64,000 nt of DNA from Candidatus Poribacteria bacterium (GTDB lineage: Bacteria > Poribacteria > WGA-4E > PCPOR2b). Below the pieces are notes generated by a model. It saw only the letters and a program-made list of their open reading frames with translations. It ran no database searches and was not told where the DNA came from. Made by a program: the position numbers and the translations under genes. The stretch is taken from positions 4,672,001-4,736,000 of the forward strand of contig OZ244587.1 of the NCBI GenBank assembly GCA_965218095.1, read 5' to 3'. Shown one piece after another: positions 29,384-38,735 of this stretch (position 1 is its first letter; each line of letters starts with the position of its first letter).

Positions 29384-31270
29384 TTACCAATCGAGTGATT
29401 GCTCGTCGATGTACCGCGTTGTCTTCTTCCATAGTGTGACGTCGTCCCGGTAGTGGTCGCGTTGGTAAAGCGGGCAAAGCACCCCCGGCGGATCGATACA
29501 CACGACGTCGTGACCCTTGCGTACCAGGAAATACCGCTGATTGTCGATGTTTATGCAATCGGTCCGCTCCGCAATGGGAAAGGTAAATTGTACAACCTGA
29601 TCTGCATGAACCTGCCCCACCTGCGCGTATCGGCCATTGAAGCTAACCGCACGTGGGGTCTCGCTGACCATACATTGCACTTGACCCCGTTCGACCCAGG
29701 CCGGCATCCGCACGGACAGGGCACAATTCTGTTTGACAGTTATATCCACTTGGCCCATGTAGGGAATGTGACTGTTCACATCCACCGCCTCGTGGGCGCG
29801 ATTTAGCAGCAGATTGACCTTGACCCGGTCACCTTCGATATGGACCACATTTCGCCACACGTCATACAGGCCGAAAGTTGCATTGGCAGTGCAACAGTGC
29901 ATGATGCCCTGCACATGGCCCAGGCGTTCAGCCTTTGCGCCCTCCAGGATGTGCCGGCCAAACTCTACCCACTCATTGGGGCTCTGCCAGCCTGCAAACG
30001 CCCCAATATTGCGCTCACCGACCCGATCCGTCGTCATCGGCCATGTGCCATCGGGCTCGATCTGTGAAGGCGGATCGCCCACATGCAAGCGGTGGATCCA
30101 GTCATGGCGAAGGAATTGTCCCTCCGCCAATTGGTTCCGGGCCCAACGATCCGCATCGTCCCAATATTCATCGCCCAAGCCTGCTTCAGCCAGACGAACC
30201 GCGATCCGGATCATGTCGCCCACTTCACAGAGTTCACACGTTTGGTCCCTTGCAAGGCAGGTTTGGGGCCTTGCAAGACCAACCGACTCTGGAAAAAAGC
30301 CTGTTAAACACTCACCAAACGTCTTGGCGACTGGAAACGCATCACAGGCAAAATCAAGCAACTGCTGATCGCCAGATGCCAGGGCGTACTCCAGGCAGGT
30401 CAGGATGGTCATGGCGTGATGGTGAAAATGATTGACATGATGGCGGGGGCCCTGCGGGTCAGGGTTGTCGGGTAGGAATTCAAAGTTAGGCCCAAAATAC
30501 TGGCTCGCTTTGGGCATGTAACGGCACAGTCGCCCCGCAAGTTCCAGTGCCGGCTCATAGCCGCTGACTCGATAGAAATAAACGAGCCGCCGTGCAGGCC
30601 ACATACCATAGGCGGCAAATGTTCCCAGGGGTCGGGGCAGCGCCGGATTGCCCTGCTCTCCCGGCGCGTAGTGCCATTGTTGCAGGTAGGCCATATCACC
30701 CGTGGAGACTACCAGGCGCCGCAATCCATCCACAATGCCTCGACCAATTGGCTCCCAGAAATCCCTGTCGTCCAGAACCGCAAAGGTTGCTGCTGCGCCC
30801 AACGCCAGACCGTTGACCTGCTGATCGATAACTTGTTCGCCCTCAAAGACACCTGTCCCTCCGAACCGCAGATAGGGAAGGCCCTCCATCGGTGTCGCTA
30901 CCAGTCCATCAGGCGCGATCATGTGGAGCAACACTTCCTTCCAGCACTGCTCCACATGGAGTCCTTGCTCGGAACCACTCATCAGCCGCATGCGGGGCAC
31001 CACGTCCATGAACTTGATCATGATGCCGGTATCCGAGATATCATGATACATCACCGGCGGGTTGAAACGGAAAGAGACTTTCCAATAGACCCGGTAATCC
31101 GCCTCCGGATCGGTCGGCTCCGTCATACCATTGACCGCTAACCTGGCCCGTTCAGCCAGATCGAGCGTGGCGGGGGTCATCAATTCGTAGTGCCTTCCCC
31201 GGCACTTGCCCTCGGGTGGGATCGGCGCATCAGGTTGAATATAGCGAATACCACTTCCAATAGTTGCCAT
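29384..31270 (-). CDS. GH127/146-like (beta-L-arabinofuranosidase-like) protein
   Basis: FFPE...CELC, HCC, VRMPAW; GAGGAG RBS. Confidence 0.65.
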   Translation of the reverse strand: MATIGSGIRYIQPDAPIPPEGKCRGRHYELMTPATLDLAERARLAVNGMTEPTDPEADYRVYWKVSFRFNPPVMYHDISDTGIMIKFMDVVPRMRLMSGSEQGLHVEQCWKEVLLHMIAPDGLVATPMEGLPYLRFGGTGVFEGEQVIDQQVNGLALGAAATFAVLDDRDFWEPIGRGIVDGLRRLVVSTGDMAYLQQWHYAPGEQGNPALPRPLGTFAAYGMWPARRLVYFYRVSGYEPALELAGRLCRYMPKASQYFGPNFEFLPDNPDPQGPRHHVNHFHHHAMTILTCLEYALASGDQQLLDFACDAFPVAKTFGECLTGFFPESVGLARPQTCLARDQTCELCEVGDMIRIAVRLAEAGLGDEYWDDADRWARNQLAEGQFLRHDWIHRLHVGDPPSQIEPDGTWPMTTDRVGERNIGAFAGWQSPNEWVEFGRHILEGAKAERLGHVQGIMHCCTANATFGLYDVWRNVVHIEGDRVKVNLLLNRAHEAVDVNSHIPYMGQVDITVKQNCALSVRMPAWVERGQVQCMVSETPRAVSFNGRYAQVGQVHADQVVQFTFPIAERTDCINIDNQRYFLVRKGHDVVCIDPPGVLCPLYQRDHYRDDVTLWKKTTRYIDEQSLDW

Positions 31271-31360
31271 AGTCAATCTCCTCTATTATATGAGTTTTTC
31301 GTTGTAGTGGTGACTGGGATACACACCTGTGCAAAGCTGGCACGCGGGCTCCCAGATAAC

Positions 31361-32109
31361 GTTTTGGATAGGTAGATTCCTTGCGGAATTTTCCCCCCAT
31401 CAGAACTGTACGTGCGATTTTCACCGCATACAGCTCGCACTGTCAATTACTGATTATCTTTAATAAACGGATAGAGAATCTTTAGGCTGACTGGATTCCA
31501 AGTCTATCCTAAAAGATAATCTCAGCCCTACTTACTTTACCTCATGCAGAACATGGGGATAAGTCGCCAAGTTTGCAAGCAGTGACTCGATATGCGCTCA
31601 TCTTCCCTTAATCTATTCATGATGTATTTCAGTACGTTGACACTAGGCAGGCTCGGTATCTCTACCTATCTGCCCTCCTCTCCCATATTTCTCAGAGAGA
31701 AACTTAGGGACTTTCCTGTTCTCACATAATGCACATTTCAGATGATTTAGGCTCTGACTATACCCCGAAGTTGTTAGCTTACTCGACGGTGTAAATGTTA
31801 GACACCACCCTTTAGCTCGTACCTTTTGGTTATAGGCTGGTAACAGGGAGTTGGTTAGTCTCCCCCATTGTAGATTCACCTATTCTATCCTCACGAGGCT
31901 TCTATCATCAGTTCAGTTTTCGCGTTAGCCATGTCATCTTTAGCCTGACGTCCCAATCTCTAGGGTCTACATTCCCATTCAGGGATTCGCCTTTTCCCTT
32001 TGCTTCCTACCCTGCCGTTTCCGACAACGCGGTTAAGATAAGGCTTGCAATTGTAAGCTATTGCTGATGGATTTCCACCATCAGTACATTATGCCACCCA
32101 GAAACGCAC
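31361..32109 (-). ncRNA. ORF-less group II intron, IIB/CL1-like, about 750 nt
   Basis: 5' GTGCG at 32109; 34-nt domain V GAGCTGTATGCGGTGAAAATCGCACGTACAGTTC (31436-31403); domain VI ending ACCTATCCAAAAC; EBS1 and EBS2 candidates pair with the 5' flank; exact 3' base uncertain. Confidence 0.93.
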
Positions 32110-32227
32110 AACGTTTTGGATAGTGTGTCCGTGGATGCTTGGCCTCTTATGTGTTAATCCGGTGGCATCATGCTGTCGGTATGGGGGATTGACACCAGTT
32201 GCTGCGAGCAAGATTAACCCTCAAGAT

Positions 32228-33985
32228 TCATCGACGCGCCGACGCAACCGTGTCGAGCTTCTCGATCAATTCGGCGATCCTGTTGCGAGCGGCCATGAGT
32301 TGGTCATTCGTCGGCATAGGACGAGGCCCCTCTTGGTAAATGGTACCGCCGCTGATGTGCTTAGGGACAGCAAGCCATCTTTGGGCCTCCACAATCGCTC
32401 GGCCGGTTTTCGGGTCAACACGGGGGAGTCTACTCGCTTGGACGACCGCAGACTCAAGCAGCTTGAGATATTCGTAGTCCTCCATTCCTTCCCGGAAGGC
32501 CTCAAAAGCAACGGCCTTCAATATCTCCACGGGATTGTCGGGACCAGCATGAGGATTATTCGGGGCCGCATGGGGATAGCATGGCGCCCAGTCGTAGCCC
32601 GCCGGTTTATCATCGACCGGAAACGGCCTCTTGGCCCACGCTGCTTGTTGGGTCAGGGACCAGTGCAGTACGCCGTCCAGTTTGGCCCTGTAAATCCCCC
32701 AAAATATCGCTCGAGCATAGATGCTGGCCCTGCTGAGGTTGTAACCCATCACCTTGCAACCCCATGAATGGAACAGATCGACTGTCTCAGGATGCAGCAG
32801 ATCGAATTTACAGGCAATCCAATCAACGTTTCTTATCTGTCCATGCTCTTTCCAGAGTGGATGGTGCATGGCCATCATGGTGGTTATGCCGCCGTATCGC
32901 CGCTTGAGATCCGCGTGGATCTTTTCCTGGGCAGGCAACCACTCAGTTATCGGTTCGTCAAAACCATAGAGAAAACAGTGATCAATCAATCCCGCCTCTT
33001 TTAGCTTTGCGATCGGTTCGTCCAACTTGTTATAAAGCCTCTGTCGCTCGGCATCTGTTACATCGACAACCTTGCCCTGCTCGTTGTACTTAAAGGGTCT
33101 ATGCTGTCTGCTGACACGCATAAGGCTCACTAAATTCGCTCCAGATTCAACCCGCCTGCAGACTCTTCTAACTGATGGCGCGTTTTCGTGATTGTAAATT
33201 CGCCCGGGGGAAAACCTGTGGGCCGCCGCCATATCATCAATCATGTTCATAAATTCTTCACTGGTAGCACCACCATCGGTATAAGACGTAACGACAGGAA
33301 GTGAAGGTGGTTTAGGAAGAGTAAAATCGCGTACCGTCAGGTCAACTGTAACGCCCATGGAACCGAAGTGGTCAACCTCGATCATGATTTTGCCGCGATA
33401 ACTTCCAGGCGGCGTTTCGGGTGGAACGTACACAGTAACCCAGACAACATGTTGAAAACCAGGATATACATCAAATTTCTTGATGTCCGGACGCAGATAG
33501 AATGGTACGGTAAGAAACCGGTCTTCATCGCCCTCCATGGCGGCTTCGTTGGTGATCCGCCGGTAACCCATCGGGGCAATCTCGACGTGCCTAGAGTCAA
33601 TCTGGCCTGGACCATTCTTCTGCACAAGCGGCCCCGCCTTGATGCGTGCCGTAGTTAAGGGATCGTCCTTGGGCAGCAGGATAAACGCAAATGGCTCATA
33701 CTCGTTGCGGGCAGCGGTGATGTCTACTTTCTGTCCAAGAACGCCGGCGTAACTTCGAGACTGATAAAGAAAATCGTAGGCGTGAGGGTGAAGATGATGC
33801 TTCTTGTAATATGGCTGGATCAACGCCGCAGAGGGATGAGTAATAATACCTATTCCAAATGGCGCGCCCGGAAATTCCTGATCGAGTCGTTTACGCAGTG
33901 GAGTCTGGGCTTGTAAGACGTCAGCAACAAGCGAGATACTCATCAGCCCAAAAGCAAAACCGATTGCCAATGATTTCTTCTTCAT
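32228..33985 (-). CDS. Secreted DUF4091 / GH123-like glycoside hydrolase
   Basis: Signal peptide; ARNEYEPF, VWVTVYVP...PGSYRG, YGFDEP, REGMEDYEYL. Confidence 0.8.
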   Translation of the reverse strand: MKKKSLAIGFAFGLMSISLVADVLQAQTPLRKRLDQEFPGAPFGIGIITHPSAALIQPYYKKHHLHPHAYDFLYQSRSYAGVLGQKVDITAARNEYEPFAFILLPKDDPLTTARIKAGPLVQKNGPGQIDSRHVEIAPMGYRRITNEAAMEGDEDRFLTVPFYLRPDIKKFDVYPGFQHVVWVTVYVPPETPPGSYRGKIMIEVDHFGSMGVTVDLTVRDFTLPKPPSLPVVTSYTDGGATSEEFMNMIDDMAAAHRFSPGRIYNHENAPSVRRVCRRVESGANLVSLMRVSRQHRPFKYNEQGKVVDVTDAERQRLYNKLDEPIAKLKEAGLIDHCFLYGFDEPITEWLPAQEKIHADLKRRYGGITTMMAMHHPLWKEHGQIRNVDWIACKFDLLHPETVDLFHSWGCKVMGYNLSRASIYARAIFWGIYRAKLDGVLHWSLTQQAAWAKRPFPVDDKPAGYDWAPCYPHAAPNNPHAGPDNPVEILKAVAFEAFREGMEDYEYLKLLESAVVQASRLPRVDPKTGRAIVEAQRWLAVPKHISGGTIYQEGPRPMPTNDQLMAARNRIAELIEKLDTVASARR

Positions 33986-34070
33986 TTCTACAAAATTCCT
34001 TTCTGTTTGAAATTTACTTAGCACCTGCCAACAAACCGCCATCAACGCCGACATCCGTCCAAAGCTGCCC

Positions 34071-35357
34071 TTACACTTCCGGCACGTTCATGTCAGCCAG
34101 CCACTCATCGGTAATCCGCTTCCCCAGCAGAAAGTGCTTCCGGTCCGGGTACCAGAGGATGCGCTTTCCGTTGTGCTCCGTGAGGCTATCATAGGTCCCC
34201 ATTTCCGTGCGGTTCTGTACGCCTGCGGATACACCGTCGCTGTCGGCAAGCAGCTTCGGTGGGCTGAACCAGATGGGCTGGCGAGCCTTCGGCCGGTACG
34301 CCCCAACCGAAAGGAAGAGCGACCGTCGGCTAAAGCTATAGGGACGCGCCCACATCGGCTGTGGACCGCTACTCGCGCTGCCGTCGTTATTGTGATATTG
34401 CTGTAAGAAGCGACCATCTTCCAAAGCAAAGAGCGGGGGTGGACTACCCGGGTTTAGAACCCGCTCTCCACCATCCTGGTAGCGCAATGGCTCAGGCTGG
34501 CGCCACGTGGCTCCATCATCTTCGGAGATGGTGTGCCACACACTGCCTACTCCTGTGCGGAACACCGTGAACAGCCGCCCGTCGGGCAATAGAACGGGGC
34601 ACGGCTCCATCCCGCCTTTGGGCAAGCCGGTGATTGGCGACTCCGGCAGCCAGGTAATCTGGAGCTCTTTGGGGTTAGGACCTTCATCAATGTTGTCAAA
34701 ACGCATGAACTCCAGAAAGGCGCGATCCTTCGGATACCGGTCGTTATAGTGGTTCCAGCGTCCGTAGGCCCAGAGCTGGCGGCCCTTCGCGTCGCGAATC
34801 GCATTGGCCCAACCGACCCATAATGACGGAATCTTCGGATCCGGATGGTCCCACGGTCGCCGCTTCATCGGAATCTCTACAGGCAGCGTCCATGTCTTCC
34901 CCTCGTCATCGGAATACCGGCACCGCATCACGCCGTGCGTGTTACTATTGAAGTCACAGTGCTCCTGCCGCTTGATATAGAAGACGTAGATGCGCCCTGA
35001 GTTGCTGACAATGGGAAAGCCGTAGAAGGCACAGTGGTATCGCGCCTCGTTGGGGCCATCGATCTCGTATGGCTGGCTCCAGGTCTCTCCTTCATCTTCA
35101 CTACGCGCCATCATGACGCAGGAGTTGTCGGCCGCCTCGTAAGTCCCCTGGCACCAGGTCCCAATCAAATTCCCCTTGGTTGTCACCACCACCAGGAAAT
35201 GCACGTTGTCCGTGTCGTGACGGATGAACCGCTGAGGCAGGTAGACAACGTAATCCGGGTTGCTTCGCTTCCACTCGTCGGTGTAAGAGCGCGGTTCTCC
35301 CTCGTCATACGTGACAGCTTGCCCAATAGATCCAAACTTCAGCGTGTATCTTCCCAT
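34071..35357 (-). CDS. Asp-box sialidase-like protein
   Basis: SEDEGETW, SDDEGKTW, SEDDGATW, EP...LPDGRL...RT. Confidence 0.88.
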   Translation of the reverse strand: MGRYTLKFGSIGQAVTYDEGEPRSYTDEWKRSNPDYVVYLPQRFIRHDTDNVHFLVVVTTKGNLIGTWCQGTYEAADNSCVMMARSEDEGETWSQPYEIDGPNEARYHCAFYGFPIVSNSGRIYVFYIKRQEHCDFNSNTHGVMRCRYSDDEGKTWTLPVEIPMKRRPWDHPDPKIPSLWVGWANAIRDAKGRQLWAYGRWNHYNDRYPKDRAFLEFMRFDNIDEGPNPKELQITWLPESPITGLPKGGMEPCPVLLPDGRLFTVFRTGVGSVWHTISEDDGATWRQPEPLRYQDGGERVLNPGSPPPLFALEDGRFLQQYHNNDGSASSGPQPMWARPYSFSRRSLFLSVGAYRPKARQPIWFSPPKLLADSDGVSAGVQNRTEMGTYDSLTEHNGKRILWYPDRKHFLLGKRITDEWLADMNVPEV

Positions 35358-35385
35358 CGAAATCCCCCTTACCCATATCAGAAGT

Positions 35386-35432
35386 GAATGCCACTGACTT
35401 AAGCGGATTTGTCCCTTAAGTCAGCGCCACTC
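35386..35432. mobile_element. Minimal IS4-like end pair (47 bp)
   Basis: GAATGCCACTGACTTAAG-11 bp-CTTAAGTCAGCGCCACTC; no TSD seen. Confidence 0.5.
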
Positions 35433-35749
35433 AGGTTTACACGGTACTGCGGAATGGTAACGTGAAATGCACTTGCCCCGATCATGAAGCGGAAATCTGC
35501 AAGCACGGATTGAGCGTCCTAATCCAGGATGAACGGGAATGCGAAACAGCATGGATAGCAGCATACGAGGCAGATCGGCTTGCTTACTATCCCGAACAGT
35601 ATGAACGAGTTTCGATACGCCCTTCGGGCTACTCAACCCTGATAGATCGAGGCAGACTTGGCGTAAGTTGTTGCCTCCTATCTGCCGACGTGTACTCGTC
35701 TCATTATCAGATTTTTGCCTTGACGGTGTTGAGAGGTGAATATCTGTAG
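35433..35749 (+). pseudogene. SWIM zinc-finger protein fragment
   Basis: VYTVLRNGNVKCTCPDHEAEICKH; 5' end cut at the IS-end pair. Confidence 0.6.
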
Positions 35750-36636
35750 GCTAAATCATGGCCTTCTCGCAAAACCGTAATCTGCCTTTCCACATAACCA
35801 AGATTCTGTGGATCTAGCTTGAATTCCTCCAGGGTCGGGTTGTACTCAAAGGGCACCTCATCGGCAGTTTCAGGTAGCCTAGCGCGGCTCTCAATTGCCT
35901 TAAGCATCACGCTGATCCATAAGCGCACGTAGTCCGCATCCCACTGCCCGCTGCGACTGAGCATCTCTTCAATTGTGAAGAAGGCGAAGTAAATCACCCG
36001 CCGCATCGCTTTGCCCCGAGTCGCTCGTGAGCCGTGGAGCAGGTTGGGACTGTGTAACAGGACATCTCCGGGCTCAGTGACCACTGGAATCGCCCCGGGT
36101 AGCATAAATCCATGCTCATCGAACATATCCTGCAGGTCAAAGCCCTGCCACAGATGGCTTCCCGGCACGACGTATAGACACCCATTCTCCGGTGTAGCAG
36201 CATCGAGGTAGACATCAACATCGAAAGGAGGCTGGACACGGACGTTTCCTGGATCGCGATGCCATGGAACTGGTACGCCATACTTGGGCAATTTGACGAC
36301 CATCGCGTCCTGCCAGGTGACGATGTTGGGACCGTGGATAGATTCGGCAATGCCCAGGAGGTGAGGGTGGCCGTATAAGGCGAAAAAGGCGTCGTCTTTG
36401 GTGTACATTCCGTTGATACGCCGCAAGACCCGATTGCCCGTTACAGGATCCATGCTATATAAGTAATCGCCATTTGGCGGGGTGACTTGCTTGCAGTAGT
36501 CGATCATTTTCAACGTCTCCACGTCCAGGCGATCTAGTTCCCAAGGATCTATCATGTGCTTCAGGTGGAGATATCCGTTCTCCGCAAAGAAGCAGACCTG
36601 TTCTTGTGTAAGCATGCCATGGTGCTGCTTCGACAT
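35707..36636 (-). CDS. PhyH-family dioxygenase
   Basis: WHRD, LDAATPENGCL.VVPGSH, LHGS. Confidence 0.93.
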   Translation of the reverse strand: MSKQHHGMLTQEQVCFFAENGYLHLKHMIDPWELDRLDVETLKMIDYCKQVTPPNGDYLYSMDPVTGNRVLRRINGMYTKDDAFFALYGHPHLLGIAESIHGPNIVTWQDAMVVKLPKYGVPVPWHRDPGNVRVQPPFDVDVYLDAATPENGCLYVVPGSHLWQGFDLQDMFDEHGFMLPGAIPVVTEPGDVLLHSPNLLHGSRATRGKAMRRVIYFAFFTIEEMLSRSGQWDADYVRLWISVMLKAIESRARLPETADEVPFEYNPTLEEFKLDPQNLGYVERQITVLREGHDLAYRYSPLNTVKAKI

Positions 36637-36799
36637 GTGAGACCTCCTCATGTTTTATTAAGGTTCAGGATGAGTTGATAAGAATGGACGAGATCGCCAT
36701 GACACTCCTGTTCCTTGCGGACCTCCACAGCAACCTCCTCTGGCCACAGACAGTAGATCTTGCCCGGTCTTGTAAACTTCTTGTCCAGGATGATATTGC

Positions 36800-37627
36800 C
36801 TACTTCCCTTGAGATATGGGCTCATAAAGGTCAGTCCGCCGAACTCTATATACATTATCGACGTTAGATATCCCTCCAGCTTTGAACTTCGCCTGTTCCT
36901 CCAGGTCTACCTTTGCGAAAACGAATGACTCGGCACTCCCAGCAACATCAAAAGGTTCTCCATGGGCGTCAACAAAGATACTGCCCCCGCCCCGCCGCTC
37001 TCCGTTTTCCACGATCCGGACACGGTTGCAAGTGAAGAAAGGAACAAGGTTCCAGCGAGCATTCAGTTTAGCCACTGTGCTGCGGTCGCCGCAGTTCATC
37101 AGCCAGAAAATAGCCCTGGCACCTTGCAGTACCAGAGATCTCGGTACTTCGGGGAATTCACCGTCGAAGCAAATCATAACCCCGATCCTTCCGAATCGGG
37201 TATCGAAAAGACCGAGTTTACGACCCGGTGAGTAGATCTCTTGTTCATTGTCGGTTGCCCTTCGCTCAGGGCTGCACTCCATGACCAAGTGAGTTTTATC
37301 ATACGTGCCAAGTATTTGCCCTTGATCTATCAGAACAACACTGTTATAGAGACCTCTACCTGCTGGATCGCGCCTTGCCAAACCGAAAAGTATCATGAGC
37401 CCATGCGCTCGGGAGTAGTGGCAGAATCTGTCCGTTGCCGGACCGGGGACATCCTCAGCTAACGGGTTCATGTCTGCTGATGCACCGTAAACCGCAAATC
37501 CTTCTGGAAACAGAACTACATCCGGCTGGTAGAGTTTGATGCCCAATTCGAGTAGATTGTATGCACGCTCATAGTTTTCGTGCACTTTACCCTTTTCCAC
37601 ATGCAGTTGAATTGCCAAAACCCTCAT
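36800..37627 (-). CDS. Carbon-nitrogen hydrolase (nitrilase family)
   Basis: FPE, YDKTHL and ICFD catalytic triad. Confidence 0.93.
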   Translation of the reverse strand: MRVLAIQLHVEKGKVHENYERAYNLLELGIKLYQPDVVLFPEGFAVYGASADMNPLAEDVPGPATDRFCHYSRAHGLMILFGLARRDPAGRGLYNSVVLIDQGQILGTYDKTHLVMECSPERRATDNEQEIYSPGRKLGLFDTRFGRIGVMICFDGEFPEVPRSLVLQGARAIFWLMNCGDRSTVAKLNARWNLVPFFTCNRVRIVENGERRGGGSIFVDAHGEPFDVAGSAESFVFAKVDLEEQAKFKAGGISNVDNVYRVRRTDLYEPISQGK

Positions 37628-37723
37628 CTCTTGTGCACTCCTTTCAAAAGCTCAATCTATCATCAAGGCAAGCCCCATATCATGCCTGTTTGCGCCTTTC
37701 TGGGAGATTGGTATTCCTGTCTG

Positions 37724-38368
37724 CTACCACATGGACATTACCTCTTCTGAATCGAACGCATAGTAGACGCGCGCCATCCACGCCAGCGCACCAAATTGGC
37801 CTTCGCTATCTTGGGGACTTACACAATCCCTGACAATGACTGGATAGTATCCACGATGCGCTGTATCCATGGCTGTGTAGAGGACACACCCGCCGGTGGA
37901 AGTTCCAGTTATGACCAGGCTTCTCATTCCATGTGTGTGGAGAATGTCATCCAGAGGTGTATGGTACATAGCACTGCCGCGACTCTTCCGGATGACGACA
38001 TCGCCGCCCTGTGGCGCCAGCGCATCGACTGTCTGTGCTTCCCAAGTTCCTTCAATGACGTCGGACACGAAGGTTTTGCCACGGTGGCAGCAGACATTGG
38101 GGCCATTCATCAGTGTTACCCCCTGCTTGTTACGATGAATGAACTCTGCATAGATGACGAGAACGCCAGCTTGCCTTGCCGAGGTCAGCAAACGCTGAAT
38201 TCCGGGAACGATGGAGGCTCGATGAGAGACGCCGCTCCCATGTTTCGCATAGCCTCCCCCTTTGGCAGCGATCTCGTTTTGCATATCAACAACGATAACC
38301 GCGGTTCGGGTTGGATCGACCAGTTCTTCTATCGTGGTCAGTACCTCAACGCCATTGACGATCTCCAT
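37724..38368 (-). CDS. Isochorismatase / cysteine hydrolase
   Basis: VVDMQN, K, ITGTSTGGCV. Confidence 0.92.
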   Translation of the reverse strand: MEIVNGVEVLTTIEELVDPTRTAVIVVDMQNEIAAKGGGYAKHGSGVSHRASIVPGIQRLLTSARQAGVLVIYAEFIHRNKQGVTLMNGPNVCCHRGKTFVSDVIEGTWEAQTVDALAPQGGDVVIRKSRGSAMYHTPLDDILHTHGMRSLVITGTSTGGCVLYTAMDTAHRGYYPVIVRDCVSPQDSEGQFGALAWMARVYYAFDSEEVMSMW

Positions 38369-38735
38369 TGATGATTCTCCTTCCTTGAGCCTATGGTTTA
38401 GATTATCAAGGAAAATCCCTGAACGATTCTGAGAAAACTTAGGAATTCTCTATACTTCCCGTTAATGCCTTTTGTGACCAGTTTAGGTCTAACTTATGCC
38501 CTGATTAAGCTATGCTACTACAGTGTACTACATAGCTTCTTGGTGTTCATTGACTTGCAACCTTTATAAAATCCGTTTCCAGCAACGCAGTTAAAGTAAG
38601 ACATGCGGAGGCAAGTTCGCCCAACGTCAACATTGACTGGATATTGACGCTGCCTATTGGGAGCCAGAATTTCACCGACATAGCATCAACGCTCGTTAAA
38701 GCGTACCACAGACGCGACAGTAGTTGCAGTCTACA

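Noticed and set aside
31230-31879. ORFs 31230-31424 and 31643-31879 as intron-encoded protein
   Set aside because: They overlap ribozyme domains and have no RT or maturase motifs
38618-38703. Second full attC
   Set aside because: R' GTTGGGC is present, but R'' pairing is weak and there are no clear L boxes
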